NCBI RefSeq assembly: GCF_006345805.1
Contig: NW_021832390.1
Coordinates: forward strand, 1 to 62,676
Reading direction: 5' to 3'
DNA length: 62,676 nt
Origin: Octopus sinensis
Lineage: Eukaryota
The notes beneath the pieces are model-generated. The model had not been told where the DNA came from, did not search any database, and worked only from the letters and a program-made list of their open reading frames with translations. Shown here in pieces: positions 41,892 to 56,571 of this stretch (positions are counted from its first letter, which is position 1; each line of letters opens with the position of its first letter). Position numbers and translations under genes: made by a program.

Positions 41892-42620
41892 TAGATAGAT
41901 AGATACACATGATATATGGTGGCGATATTTTCGTGTGTGTGTGTGTGTGTAAATTTTTTTTGCTCAAATGTTTTCACGATGTCAAGTTTCTAATTTTGGC
42001 TTTGCGAACTCCTTTGAAGAGCACAAGAACTCTAGAAATAGACAGACATGAAGAACGCAGTGTTAGATGCGAGAGGTCTTCCTAGGTTTAATGATATTTT
42101 CTTGTTAACAAATATGTATACCTCCTTCCATCACTTTTAGACACATTGAAATAAGTGTTTGAAAGTGTGTGTTTATATAGGTCTATATACATATATATGT
42201 ACACGTATATATATATATATATATATATAATATATGTGTGTGTGTTTGTGTGCGTATGTGTGTGCGCGTGCTTTTATATGTGTGCGTCTACATATATATG
42301 TTTGTGTGTGTGTGCCTATATATATATACATATACATATAGGCATTGTGTGTATGTGTATATGGCTGTGTGTTTTTTAAATGACGTATGATTAACAAAAT
42401 TAACTGCAATGATATGAATATTTTAATTTTTATCCAAAGACATAAAAATATAATGAACACAAGAGAAAGGTTAACAATTTTTTGACGATTAATTGGAAAT
42501 TTTAATTGTGTGTATCTGATATTTTTGTAAATGTTTATATTTTGGTGTGAAGAGTGGAGAGAGAGCACCTGATTTGTTGAACGTAAAGAAATAAGCGCTG
42601 CATTATATGAATTATAATAT

Positions 42621-43413
42621 ACGTTCAAGCAATTCGTAATGGATAATCCCTTCCTAGTCCCACCATGCGCACAACATCGTTTTGCGCGGATGAAGATCTT
42701 GTTTCACGCGCGGAGTCGCTTGTTTACCGGGGCTTAGACATTCCTTACGCTGCTTCATATTGATGTACATGCAACATTTTTCGTCGCAGTAACAATTCCG
42801 TAAAGAAATCGTTGCTTGTATCCATGAGTTGAGAGGTGACGAGCAAGCAAACCAGCGGCCATTGTGGCTCGTTGAATATTTGTTGTTGTCACTTAAAGCA
42901 TGCGGATCCCATACTTCTGAACCATTCTCATCGAGTGAAGATGCTTCTCTATAGCAGTGAGGGAGCATTCCATTTTCTCTGCCTGTTTCCTTGTCGTTTG
43001 ACAAGAATGTTCGTGCAAAAGTTGGTTTAATTGCTCTTCATCGAACTCAACTGGACGGCCAGAACGAGGTGCATCTTTGAGGTCAAAATTTCCAGTTTTG
43101 AACTTGGCATACCAATCACGACCAGTTCTTTCAGCTATGGTACCCTCTCCATACACATCACAAATGTCGCAAGCAGCATTTGCGGCCTTAGAACCTCGAT
43201 TAAAAGCAAAACGAAGGAGGTGTCGAAAATGCTCGTTTTTTTCTTAACTTGACATTCCATTTTAATGATCTGAAAATAAACAAAAATTAAATAAAATTAA
43301 CTAGAAAAAAACACACACATAATGGATTCCAAAGAGATTCGAAAATAGAATTCTCGAAAAAAAATAGATTACAAAATTTTTTAAAAACCGCGGCAACTTA
43401 GTTGCCATCCCAA
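42621..43413 (-). mobile_element. mariner element, 5' half with left TIR and frameshifted transposase
   Basis: TA|TTGGGATGGCAACTAAGTTGCCGC; translation YGEGTIAERTGRDWYAKFKTGNFDLKDAPRSGRP (HTH region) ... DEKCCMYINMKQRKE..HPRKTMLCAWWD*EGIIHYELLER (first catalytic Asp region). Confidence 0.9.
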
Positions 43414-43943
43414 TAGATATGTGTGTGTGTGCGCGTGTTGTGTGTGTGTTAGCGAGAGAGGTGTTATTAATACAGAGCAGTAATATTTATTCCTATCTAA
43501 ACTTGGATGTTTTGTTAGAAGCTATACTGCTGTAGATGCCATGAGAGAAACTCTAATATTGGCTTTTGGTGCAACGTGAACTCGTTTATAACACTAACGG
43601 GGAAATAAATCTCCGCCACTTCCAGCGCCGAGGACACCGGATCACGTTATTTCGACCTTCCATGGACTTGCCAATGATGGATGCTCGACAGCTAAAGATG
43701 GCGACGACGCATCTTCCCACCACCAACACCATCAATATATATAATATATATAATAACAAGGGCTGGTGTCGTGATTAATCACTGAGCTTGTTAAAAAGTA
43801 GACAGACAGACAGACAGATAGACAGATAGATAGAGATAGATAATAGATAGATTGATAGATAGATATATAGAGATATAGATAGATAGATAGATAGATAGAT
43901 GATAGATAGATAGATAGATAGATGATAAGATAGGTAGATAGAC

Positions 43944-44021
<78 letters not shown>

Positions 44022-44050
44022 GTAGACAGATAGATAGAAAGATAGATAGA

Positions 44051-44239
44051 TATGTTTCTTTATTAGCCACACAGGGCTGCACACAGACAGGACGAATTAC
44101 AAGGTAGAGCTTTTCTTTTGGGGTTAAAAAAGGGGGTTTGGTTTTCGATCAAAAGGGATCGTAAAGGGAAAGAAAGAGGACAAAAAAAAGGGGGGAATAA
44201 AATTTTAACAAAAAAGGGGGGGAGGAAAAGGGAAAAAAA
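44051..44239 (-). mobile_element. Tx1-clade LINE 3' end, copy 3, in (GATA)n
   Basis: tatgtttctttattagccacacagggctgcacacag..aattacaaggtagagcttttcttttg..gatcaaaagggatcgtaa; (AGAT)n at ~43800-44050 and 44240-44350. Confidence 0.88.
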
Positions 44240-44261
44240 TAGATAGATAGATGGATGGATG

Positions 44262-44351
<90 letters not shown>

Positions 44352-44783
44352 AAAACGCACAGTCAGCTAAGCAGATATGTAGGTAGATTGAGAGGAAATG
44401 ACGGAAAGAGAGAAATATATGGTTTGTTTTCTAAGGCTCACGCTCACAGCTGGTATTAATTTAATTTAGTTAAAATATTCTTAACCGAAACAAAACTTCT
44501 TATCCATTTTTCACCGTTTATAATTAATTTTTTTTTAACGAACAGACATTTCGCTGTCAAAATACATCTTACTCTTCCTCTAATTATCCGAATTACTTCG
44601 AAATCTAATTTGCTTCACACTTCACTCACATCGTCGAAATCTAGTCTCTTCATTCCTTTATGGTCTGTACTTTTTTATATATACACATACACAAATACAC
44701 GCACACGCACACAAAACTATATATGGACATACATGTCAGTGTATATGTATATATGTGTGTGTATATATATATGTGTGTGTTTG

Positions 44784-44832
<49 letters not shown>

Positions 44833-44834
<2 letters not shown>

Positions 44835-45091
44835 AGGCACAATGGCCTGGTGGTTAGAGCAGCGTGTGTGTTTATGAGCGAAAACACCTAAAAGCTCCAC
44901 GAGGCTCCGGCAGGGGGTGGTGGCGACCCCTGTTGTACTCTTTCGCCCCAACTTTCTCTCACTCTTCCTTCCTGTTTCTTGAGTAACGCTGCGATGGACT
45001 GGCGTCCCGTCCAGCTGGGGGAGGGGGGGACAAACACGCCACAGAAACCGGGAAACCGGGCCCATGAGCCTGGCTAGGCATGAAAAGGGCG
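44833..45091 (+). mobile_element. tRNA-headed SINE with V-domain-like segment
   Basis: A-box-like tggcctggtggttagagc; ctgcgatggactggcgtcccgtccag resembles the conserved V-SINE domain. The family name is from memory. Confidence 0.6.
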
Positions 45092-45140
45092 AAAGATAAA
45101 ATATATATATATATATATATGCACACACGCACACACACAT

Positions 45141-45183
<43 letters not shown>

Positions 45184-45242
45184 CAGACACATGTATATAT
45201 GCAATATACGTATTTTTGTTTGTATGTATGTATGTATGTATG

Positions 45243-45273
<31 letters not shown>

Positions 45274-45889
45274 ATGAGAATGCATGCATGTATGTATGTG
45301 TTTATGGTTGTATGTACATATGTAACCACCGAAAGAGTAATGTTTTCCCTAATACAGATATAAATTTCTCTGAACTACGTACATTTAAATGTTGATTTAA
45401 ATTCAAATCTAAATTGCTACATAAATATTTTATTTATCTGTCTAAAATAAAATTCGCATTTTCTCCTTAATATTCTTATGTTTACATATTTTATTACTAA
45501 AATTAAAATATTACTAAATTATTAAAAAATATCGTGTGAGATATACTAAAATAATTCAACATTAACTTTCCGATAACATACGTCACCCAAAAAAACTCTT
45601 CAAGTTTCATATTAAATTAGCTTGTTATATAATCCCATAGACCATTAGAATTATATTTTACTTCCCTTTATATATTACTTCCCCCAATACATTCCATATC
45701 TCCACCCAAATTTTGCCACCACCTCCATATAAGACCAACAGAGACATATCTGATCCCTTTAACAGCAACAAACTTCACGATGTTACTGTATCTAGACCAT
45801 TATTTTTTATCGTCGCATCATGACTCCTCCCATCTTCAACATCTATGGATGGCTGTCTGTTTGCCTACCTCTCATTACATGTTTGTGTT

Positions 45890-45922
<33 letters not shown>

Positions 45923-45937
45923 GTATATTCTGTGCTG

Positions 45938-46240
45938 TATTTCTTCTATCGGAATCTTTTTTGCCGAACCGCTAAATTACGGAACGTAAACACACCAGCA
46001 TCGGTTGTTAAGCGAGGTTGGGGAATAAACACAAACGCCCTTTCCCCCCCCCCCGCCACACACATATATATATATTCGACGAGCTTCTTTCAGTTTCCGT
46101 CTTCCAAATCCACTCACAAGGCTTTGGTCGGCCAGAGGTTATAGTAGAAGACACTTGCCCAAGGTGCCATGCAGCGGGACTGAACACGGAAGCATGTGGT
46201 TGGTAAGCAAGCTACTTACCACACAGCCACTCCTGCGCCT
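45938..46240 (-). mobile_element. CORE SINE family B
   Basis: gaagacacttgcccaaggtgcc...catgtggttggtaagcaagctacttaccacacagccactcctgc. Confidence 0.9.
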
Positions 46241-46262
46241 GTTTATATTATACATACGTACA

Positions 46263-46362
<100 letters not shown>

Positions 46363-47473
46363 TGTGTGTAGTGTTCAATCCCTTTTCCTCTGTCCCTTTC
46401 CTTAGATATTTATCAAGTCGCGCAACCATCCCTTTTCCTTTCAATATTATTCACCAGTACGTCTTCCTTTCGCCTCCTTCCCTACTGCCTCATTATTTTT
46501 TATATCCTCCTCTTCACTTTACCTTCTCTCTCTCTCTCTCCTTTCTCCCCTTCTATATACATATGCTTACTCTTAATTTAGTTGCTGACTTACTGCTCTA
46601 ACCATAAATATTGAAATATTTCTATCAACGGCTTCATATTTTGAAAAGTTTTAACTGAAGAAGATCTTAGGTAACGGATTTCTTTCCTATCAAATATTAC
46701 GCAGAGCTGAAACATACGTATTAAATTACTTCTACAAATTACTATTTGGTTTCACTTCATTATTACAACATAAATATATGCGTGTGTGTGTGTGTGTGTG
46801 TAATACAGTCTATGCATTTCCTTCAGACTACTTATTTCCATTTTAATGAAATGCCCCACTCCATAAAATGATTAACTAATAGCTCATAGATTATGTCTGG
46901 CGGTTTCTAAAAAGATTGAAATAGTGCTATTCATTATTACAGCCGATTAATGCTTTTCAGGAGATTGAAATACACACAAAAAAATTAAATATGCGAATTC
47001 TATACAACTTTTTCATTATGATATCTTAATTTCAAATCTAAACTAACTCGACCGTTATAAAGAAATGGTTATCTACTTTGTGATAACATTGACCACTAGG
47101 GTAACCACATCAGTTTCATGTATATTTGTGTGTGTGTATGAGTGTGTGTGTGTGTAATATCATATTTACACATTTTGATTACAAGATATATGGCGCTGGA
47201 TGATTATAATTCTGTTTGTCAGCATAATGTTTTATGTTTTGTATTAATTCAATCTCTCCTGACGAGGTGGGCGAGTGCGTGTGCGTTGTATGCGTATCGC
47301 TGGCACCACTTCAATTAGAAATCTGCGTCTGTTCGCATTTCCTACACACACACACATGCCTGCATATATACATACATTATATATACATACATACACACAC
47401 TTACAAACATACGCAAACACATGCATTCAAGCATACACACACATATATATGGATAGATAGATACATATATATA

Positions 47474-47557
<84 letters not shown>

Positions 47558-48556
47558 AAGAATATGATGCGATCCATAGAAAATAGGATTATTGACAGGA
47601 AAACAGTAAATTACAACAACGATAGTTGTGTCTGTTTTTATTCACATTTAGAAAGAAATTATATTCAATAATTGTCTGTATATTGTGTAGAAACGTACGT
47701 ACATGTATGAGTATATAAGAAATATATATAGACACATAAAATTCATATATATATACATATCCTTGCCATGTATAAATAATTTGTGAGACATATCTGTATG
47801 CAACAACTTATTCGCTTATTGAGCTGATTCCATTTTTTGTTTTATATTTTATCCGAAACACAACATTCTTCTTTTGACTTACTTAGTTTGACTTCCAATC
47901 GATAACATTTTTTTAAGTATATTTATTCCTTTCTCGAATGTTTATCCTTTTTATTTTTATTTTTATTCATCTAAAATCCCTCAAGGTGCTCTGATGTGTT
48001 GTAATTTCTTGGGGTTTTTCTTTTTTAAATTAATAAACGAGAGAGAATGTAAAAAAAAAAATTGGTCTCCGGGAAGAGTTAAAAACACAATTCTCAGAGT
48101 ATTTGGTACTTATCCCCTACGGCAGGACGGATTGAACCAACATCTTTTTATCTCTTTGTAACTCTATTTATTTATAAGTCTATCTTGTTGCCTACAAATC
48201 TAGTAGACTCGTATTCTCTCCCTCTTCCTGCATTCATATATGTATGTGTGTGTATGCATGCAATTCTGTGTGTCTTTCCTACTCTCTCTCTCTCTCTCTA
48301 TGTACACACACACAAACACACACATATATGTAGGTGTATATGTATACATATATATATATATAGGTGTATATATGTGTATGTATGTGTGTGTATGTCTGCG
48401 TATGCATGTTTGTATATGTAAATATGTATAACGTAAATCTAGTCTATAAATACCATTGATAACGGGCGTATGCATGTGTGCGTGTGGATGCATTGTACAA
48501 CTACATTCAACATATTCGTGTACAATCTAATGCAGAAGGACCTTCTGCACTTCATT

Positions 48557-48933
48557 GGGCTAAACACGGACATACAATGGATTAAGTCGATTACATCGAC
48601 CTCAGTGCGTAACTGGTACTCGTTTAATCGACACCGAAAGGATGAAAGGCAAAGTCGACCTGGGCAGAATTTGAACTCAGAACGTAGCGGCAGACGAAAT
48701 ACCTATTTCTTTACTATCCATAAGGGGCTAAACACAGAGAGGACAAACAAGGACAGACAAAAGGATTAAGTCGATTACATCGACCCCAGTGCGTAACTGG
48801 TACTTAATTTATCGACCCCGAAAGGATGAAAGGCAAAGTCGACCTCGGCGGAATTTGAACTCACAACGTAACGGCAGATGAAATACCGGTAAGCATTTCG
48901 CCCGGCGTGCTAACGTTTCTGCCAGCTCGCCGC
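48557..48933 (-). mobile_element. SINE family A dimer with two tail-B units
   Basis: Young-looking copy; junction cagacgaaatacctatttcttt at 48691-48712; the distal unit also ends in a gggctaaacac tail. Confidence 0.9.
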
Positions 48934-49402
48934 TTTATGAAGAACAAAGCAAATAATGAAGACACATTGTCAGCAATAGAAGTAAATCTAAGCAGACGAT
49001 GACGAGCGGCGGATGGCGGTGGTGAGGCGGGGGTAGTGTTGTAAAAGTTAGTCTTGCAGACGACAAGAGATCAGTAACGAAGTTAAATCAATAACAATTG
49101 AAGGAGAATTTCAAGCAAGTTAACTGGAAGAGTGGTGGGGAGAGGAAGAAAAAATATCAAAGAAGTCGACTGCGACTCTATCCGTACGGAACAACGAAGT
49201 GTGTCGTTGCAGATTTTGACGTGGTGGACATCATATTTATGTGTGTACACAGACATAAATATAATTTGATATAATCTGGGTAATAATCTTTTGGCGTGTT
49301 TTCGAATACACACACACACACATATATATATTTTCATATATATATATTTATACATATTTTATATATATACTATATATTTATATATATCATACTTATGTGT
49401 AT

Positions 49403-49445
<43 letters not shown>

Positions 49446-49854
49446 TGGTTGTGTGTTAAGTAGCTTGCTTACCAACCACATGGTTCCGGGTTCAGTCCCA
49501 CTGCGTGGTACCTTAGGCAAGTGTCTTCTACTATAGTCTCGGATCGATTAATGCCTTGTGAGTGGATTTGGTAGACGGAAACTGAACGAAGCCTGTCATT
49601 ATATATATGTGTGCGTGTCTGTGTGTGTGTATGTGCGTGTGTGTGTGTGTTTATTTGTGTGCCTGTGTTTGTCCTTACGCCATCGCTTGACAACCGATGT
49701 TGGTGTGTTCACGTTCCCGTAACTTAGAGATTCGGCAAAAGAGACCGATAGATGAAGTTCTAGGCTTACAAAGAATAATTCCTGGGGTCGATTTGTTCGA
49801 CTAAAGGCGGTGCTCTCGTCGTTGGCCGCAGTCAAATGACTGAATCAAATAAAA

Positions 49855-49858
<4 letters not shown>
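49446..49858 (+). mobile_element. CORE SINE family B, near full length, with internal (TG)n
   Basis: tagcttgcttaccaaccacatggttccgggttcagtccc ... ggccgcagtcaaatgactgaatcaaataaaagaat. Confidence 0.9.
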
Positions 49859-49890
<32 letters not shown>

Positions 49891-50139
49891 TATATATTTA
49901 TATATATATTTATATATTATATATATACTTATGCAGAAAAAAAACAACAGTGCGAGGACGTAGTGCATACAAGGTATTAGCAGACGCTAAGGAAAGGAAA
50001 GAAAGGTGGTTTTACATTTTGGGCAAAGCTCTTCTTCAGAAACAGGAGACAGAGGAGAGTCCAAGAGAAGAGGAGGGCGGAGGAAAACAAACGCCAACGA
50101 TCCACATACAATTACATATATACATGTATGTATGTATCT

Positions 50140-50200
<61 letters not shown>

Positions 50201-50726
50201 TGTATGTATGTATGTATTTATGTATGTATGTATGTATATGGCATGCACATGTGTGTATGTGTGTACGTGTGCGTATGTGTACGTGCGTATTTCTGTATGT
50301 GTTCTATTAGTAAGTATACATTAGTAAACTGACCTTTAAAAGTACACATTTTGGTTTAAGTCAAGTTTTTTAGCATATGTTCTAAAATACATGAATGCTG
50401 CGTGTGTGTGTGCGCTTGTGTGTGTGCGTGACTATTTTCGATTTTGGTCTTCGTAGAATTCAGCATCGGCGATAGATTTGATACATTATCGATTAGTTAT
50501 TATATTATAATTATTCATTCCATGTTTAGCAGACGTGGAATGACTCTCATCCGACGCCGCCACTGAAATACTTTGACAGTCACATTAATCACACATATTC
50601 ACATAATACTTTTTTCACTTTTTCATTTTCATTTCCATTTCCATATTCTAATTTCGAAACGTATGCTAGTTTCCCACTGATTCTCTTAAAAAGTCTTTCC
50701 TTTTGAAATTATACTGTCTCTCTCCA

Positions 50727-50757
<31 letters not shown>

Positions 50758-50835
50758 CTACCTGCCTATCTATCTATTTATCTATCTATGTCTCTCCCCA
50801 TCTCTCTCTCTCTCTATGTATATATATATATATAC

Positions 50836-50910
<75 letters not shown>

Positions 50911-50921
50911 GTATATATATA

Positions 50922-51053
50922 TAGCGGTTCGGCAAAAGAGACCGATGGAATAAGTACTGGGCTTACAAAGAATAAGTCCCGGGGTCGATTTGCTCGACTA
51001 AAGCGAGACATGGCCGCAGTCAAATGACTGAAACAAGTAAAAGAGTAAAAGAC
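50922..51053 (+). mobile_element. CORE SINE family B, 3' part
   Basis: agcggttcggcaaaagagaccgat...catggccgcagtcaaatgactgaaacaagtaaaagag. Confidence 0.9.
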
Positions 51054-51055
51054 TA

Positions 51056-51090
<35 letters not shown>

Positions 51091-51153
51091 ATGTATATGT
51101 ATATACATATAATATATATACATACATATATATTATATATGTCTGTGTGTGTG

Positions 51154-51354
51154 TGTGACCGCGTGTGTATCGTTGGCGATTTTTTCTCCGTCTCACTTCC
51201 TTGGACTTTCCTTTGTCTATATTTCTGACGAAGAGCTCCGCCCGAAACGCTAAATCCTCCTTCTTTCTTTCCTTTTCTTAGCGTCAATTAACACTATACT
51301 TTGTTCCATCTCCTCACGTTGTTGTGTTTTCTCTTTGTTCATGTTTGATTAACT
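51154..51354 (+). mobile_element. Family H1 hammerhead-bearing repeat, second copy (core damaged: GCT in place of GTT)
   Basis: attt CTGACGA A GAGC-tcc-GCCC GAAAC GCT aaat; flanked by TA/TG repeats. Confidence 0.75.
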
Positions 51355-51358
51355 ATAT

Positions 51359-51419
<61 letters not shown>

Positions 51420-51628
51420 GAGAGAGATTAAAGAAGGAAAATGCATACACTATACATAGATATAATTTAATTTTAATATATGTTATATTGTGCTTGTCGA
51501 CCGGTTTCGCTTTTGCTATTCATGACATTAACATTTATTTAAATACGTATTTTCTAAGGAGAGGTAATGGGTTATCGTTATTATTGCGGGCTGGGGAGAT
51601 AATTGTTCAGCTTTTGGTAGTAGGGGGA

Positions 51629-51677
<49 letters not shown>

Positions 51678-51779
51678 AAAATTCAAAAACTAGATTAGTG
51701 GGGATAAATATGTACAGTGATGGGTATGTAATCGTGAATTAAAATATGTAAAGAAATCAAAGTTGGTTATGCGTTTATA

Positions 51780-52455
51780 TTTAGACGTGTTCTGTATTTT
51801 TGGATGAAATTTTTTTTCATTTAAACGTTCTTGTAAAGAAATTGTATCTTAGCACTGGTAGAAAGGGGAAAACTGTGAAATTTGTTTTGATGTTACCTGC
51901 ACATTTCTCTATGTGTACACTTAAAGGAATTTGTCTGTATTTCGGGAGCCGGATCTTCTCTTTATGTAAAGTGGTTTTCCGTCCCAATGTCATACTCGTC
52001 TGTCCTATATAGTGATGTCGACAACCCAAGCTGGTTATTACATAAATTAGGTTCTCAGAGGCACAAGTGAAGTTGGTTTTAATTGTTGAACCTCTCTCCT
52101 TGTTTGGAAAGGAAATCCGAGCCTTCAAGTAGGTTGGGGCATGTTACACAGTTTGGGCGTCCACATCTTTTAACCGTTGGTTTTGTGGTTGCCGTGTAAA
52201 GCTTCGTATTTTTAGAAGTATTTTTTTGGCGATTTGTGTTGCATTTTGCATTTGATGAGTTTATGCGCTTCCGGGATGTTGTTCATTTTGGAGTCTCTAG
52301 TTTGTAAAGGGAGGTTTTCCACAATAGTGTCGTATGCCTCATTGTTTCTAAGGTTGTGGGTTGATATATACAGCAGTGTTTTGAGATGAGGTGTGGTTTT
52401 ATGCTTTGTTGTTCTTAATGTTTCTATGTCTAATTTCTTGGCACGCTTAATGTCT
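51780..52455 (-). mobile_element. Penelope-like element fragment (linker + GIY-YIG endonuclease), decayed
   Basis: TNFTCASENLIYVITSLGCRHHYIGQTSMTLGRKTTLHK matches the PLE GIY-YIG pattern FTC.S.N.IY.I.C..C...Y(I/V)G.T...L..R...H. Confidence 0.8.
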
Positions 52456-53148
52456 ATATATATATACCAACCCACATACTTCTGTATCTATCTACGTATT
52501 TCATTACAGTTATACTACTTCACTAATCGATCTGCTTCTCTCTCTTTTTCTCTCTCTCTCTTTTTCTCACACACACACACACATACACGTACACATATTC
52601 TCTCGTTTTATTCTTATTTCAACTGTAACAAAGTGTATTAATAGTGTGTGTGTGTGTAATCTTTAACTGCACGACTTATATGCGTATGCATTTATGTATA
52701 TGCGTATAATATACATATGTATAATATATATATATACATGCATACACACACGTGTGCTTATATATATATATAACCCATACTCATACACATATATATGTAT
52801 CCGATAACACAGAACTTCGTCGCCAAAGACGGTGGGGGTTGACGACGTAGATTTTATACATGCCGTCAACCTCCACTGTCCTACGCCCCACCCGCACTCC
52901 CAGTATCTCCCCACATCCAAACACAACCTTTTATTATTTAACAGATGAGAACTTCTACAAGAGAACAGCTGAATTAAACTGAATACAAGGCAAAACCTCC
53001 TTACTTTGTATTAATCATCGCGAACGATCCCATGCATCAATGCAGCCGACATTTAACATATATTTTGCAGAAATACACATGTCAGGCGGTTGTTACTTTA
53101 ATAAGCACAGTACTAAGGACGTGTGTGTGTGTGTGTGTATGTGTGTGC

Positions 53149-53218
<70 letters not shown>

Positions 53219-53751
53219 CATAGCGAAAGGTTAGAGTTGGTCTGTGAGACATTTATAATCACTTAAAACAAAAGGTAAATTCATTGATATTCACAGTTTT
53301 CCCATGACTGGATATCATAAATTTATGGCGGAACAGCCGGAGAAACCTTCCACACTAAACAATTTCTATGGTTCTTAATATATATTTGTCAACGAGCATC
53401 ATTCAACCAAAAATATTTTGAAATTTGTCATTTTTCTAGCTGCCCTGTCCTTCTCAAAGGCTACAGATATTCATGATATTGTCATCACCAGACAAAAATC
53501 AATCATTCGTCAAGCGACCAACAGAAATCTAGGCCGGTTTCATGATGAACTATCGGTTCCCAACACCTTTTCAATTCTCGCCTCCGACCCTGGGATGATC
53601 AATGCTGTTTATGTTCAGTGGAAATAGCTGTGAGAAAGGATTCATAAATATATGAGACCTCATCCATAGAGCCAATGCAAAACTACAGTCAGTCTACGAC
53701 CCAGGAGAATTGTATTGTTCTATGATTAGAAAAGAGACTGAAAAACAGTTT

Positions 53752-55158
53752 TCACTTTCAAGGGTTCCTACAATCACCGTCTTGAGATGCCACATCTTTT
53801 CGACTTCGATTAGCAAATCTTTATATCTTCTGAGTTTATCAAATTCTTTTGCCGAGATATTATTGTCACTGGGTATGCCCATGTCAATCAATAAACAGAC
53901 TTTATTGTTTTGGTCTTTCACAACAATATCTGGTTTGTTTGCTTTGATGGTCCGATCTTTACTTTCTGGGAAGTCCCAAAGAATAGTTACATTTTCTCCC
54001 TCCGTTACAGGTGATGCTTGTACCATTTATCAGCAGTTTTGATTTTATAATGCCGATATTGGCCAACTCTGCCATGGCTAACACTGATTTGTATTCTACA
54101 GGTACTAAAACTAAAACACTGTTTCTATCCCATTGTTGCAGTATCGGCACTTTGGGTCTACAACATTTTTCATCACGTTGGCTTGGTAGTTTCGAGTCAA
54201 TAAGCTCTGATCTTGGGCAGCCAAGATAAGGCCTTTACTCTCTGCCTTTAGCCCTGAGCTCTGTACATACTGATGGGTGTGCTTCTGGTCTACATCAGCT
54301 TATTTTCTACAGGCCATATATTTGCCATGCAGAGGTTTTTGTTCCCACCTATCGGCCAATTGTTCAAACGCATTTTACTTTGCTATTGATTTCACCTTCT
54401 TTGCAACTACAGTTGCTGCACTTTCTTCATGCTGTTCAGCCTGGGTATTGTGCATAAACTCACTTGAAAATATTTTGCTCTCCTTCATAACAGAATGAAG
54501 TTTCTTACGTCTTTCATGCTTTTCAACGAGCTTTAGCATCCAATCGATAAATGTTTCAAGATATTTTGCAAATCCAATTGTGGTGGTTTTGTAGATTTCA
54601 AACTGGATCAAACCTCCACTTCCTTGAGCTCTGGGTCGGTAAAGACGATCTGCGTCTGCCTTTGGGTGATGCATCTTATTGCAAGTCAGCATCTTACGGA
54701 TTTTCCTGCTAATCCAGTTCAACACATTGAAACTGTAAATAACAACCGGAAATGCTAAGGAATTTATGGCTAACACTTTGTTACGTGCATTTAACTCATA
54801 TTTCAGAACTGCTCGAACTCTCCTGTAACACTCCTTCCTGATCTTCTCTTTCATACTCACATGCTGAATGCCAGAACCCTCATTTATTCCGAGGTATTTG
54901 TAAGTTTGTTCCTACTCGAGTTCTTTTATGACTGTGTCAACATCCAACTACACTGAATGTGAGGTCTTCAGTTTCCCTTTCGGGAAAGTGGCCTTGGCAC
55001 ATTTATCAAAACCAAATTCCATCGCCATGTCATCACTGAATGCTTTTACTGTGCGTAGTAGGCCTTCAAGCTCATTATCGTCTTTGCCTTAGAGTTTTAA
55101 GTCATCCATATAAAATAGATGACTTACTTTCTTGTCACTAATTTTATATCCATACCCT
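53752..55158 (-). mobile_element. 5'-truncated R4/Dong-clade retrotransposon (RT, C-x2-C knuckle remnant, RLE), frameshifted
   Basis: SHLFYMDDLKL (RT); ELNARNKVLAINSLAFPVVIYSF, MHHPKADADRLY; DPKCRYCNNGIE; ILWDFP..KANKPDIVVKD..LIDMGIP. The 5' junction abuts a (TAA)n-based tract at 55159-55365. Confidence 0.88.
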
Positions 55159-55259
55159 GTTATTATTATTATTGTTGTTGTTGGTGGTGGTGGTGGTGGT
55201 AGTGGTGGTGGTCGTGGTGGTGGTGTTGTTGTTGGCGTTGGTGTTGTTGTTGTTGTTGT

Positions 55260-55343
<84 letters not shown>

Positions 55344-55367
55344 TGTTATTATTATCATTATTATTAA

Positions 55368-55712
55368 ACTCAACCTTAGCGAAGACGGAGGTATTGTTTC
55401 AGTCAGGTTTATTTGTTTGTTTGTCCGTGAACAAGATACCTCAAGAACTGCTGGATGGATTCGGATGAGACTTTCAGGGATGTTTGGCTTCATAACTGGC
55501 ACGAACTGAATATCAGAGAAGGATTCTGGATTATTTTTCCTGTCTTTTTTACTCAATTTTTGAGAGCGGTTGGGTCCATTTCTTGTATTCTCGTTTGTGA
55601 GAGCAGTTGAGCTTATTTCAGATATTCTCATTTTAAAAATCATCTCTGGCTAATCGCTGAGAGAATGCTAGTGTTGCCTTGGCGGAGGTTTGTGCTCTCT
55701 GAGTGCTCTTGT
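55368..55712 (+). mobile_element. Non-autonomous Helentron/Helitron-type element (HINE/DINE-1-like)
   Basis: 5' accttagcgaagacggaggt (degenerate subTIR plus inverted partner), then a gtttgtttgtcc microsatellite core; 3' ccttggcggaggt subTIR, a gtgctc-tct-gagtgc hairpin and a T-rich end. Confidence 0.7.
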
Positions 55713-56259
55713 TATTATTATTACAAGAATTATATCCTACAATCAACAGACACATTTGTCCAATTCCAGGCAAAATCAAAATCGTTAGTATCCCTATCGT
55801 TATTTGAGAGCAAAATCCAAACCAGGACTCATTGCATTCACGTATCCAAAGCAAATAAATGCATCTTCTTTCATTCTTTCATTTTGTAAGTTGATTTTTC
55901 TTTCTCTCTCTTATTTTCTTCTTCTTTTGATTTTCTTTCTTTCAAATCCTCTCCTGCTAACACTCATACGGCGAGGTCGACAGGAGTGACTATCGTTACA
56001 ACTATTCTTATGGATCCTTGGCCCAGCCCTTTTCTATACAGGAAAGTATATCAGCGTGTGTTCCCTAATCCTACAATTGGAAACTCTCCCCGGAACGAAA
56101 TTTCACTCCGCTGCTGATGGAGCGACTTCTTTCAGGACAAAATACGATTTTGACTACATTCTAATAAGTACACCCCGTGAATTAAGAACATTTACAAACA
56201 CACAAGAAACCACACGCACACAGAGACAGACAGAAACACACACACACACACATTAATAC

Positions 56260-56571
<312 letters not shown>

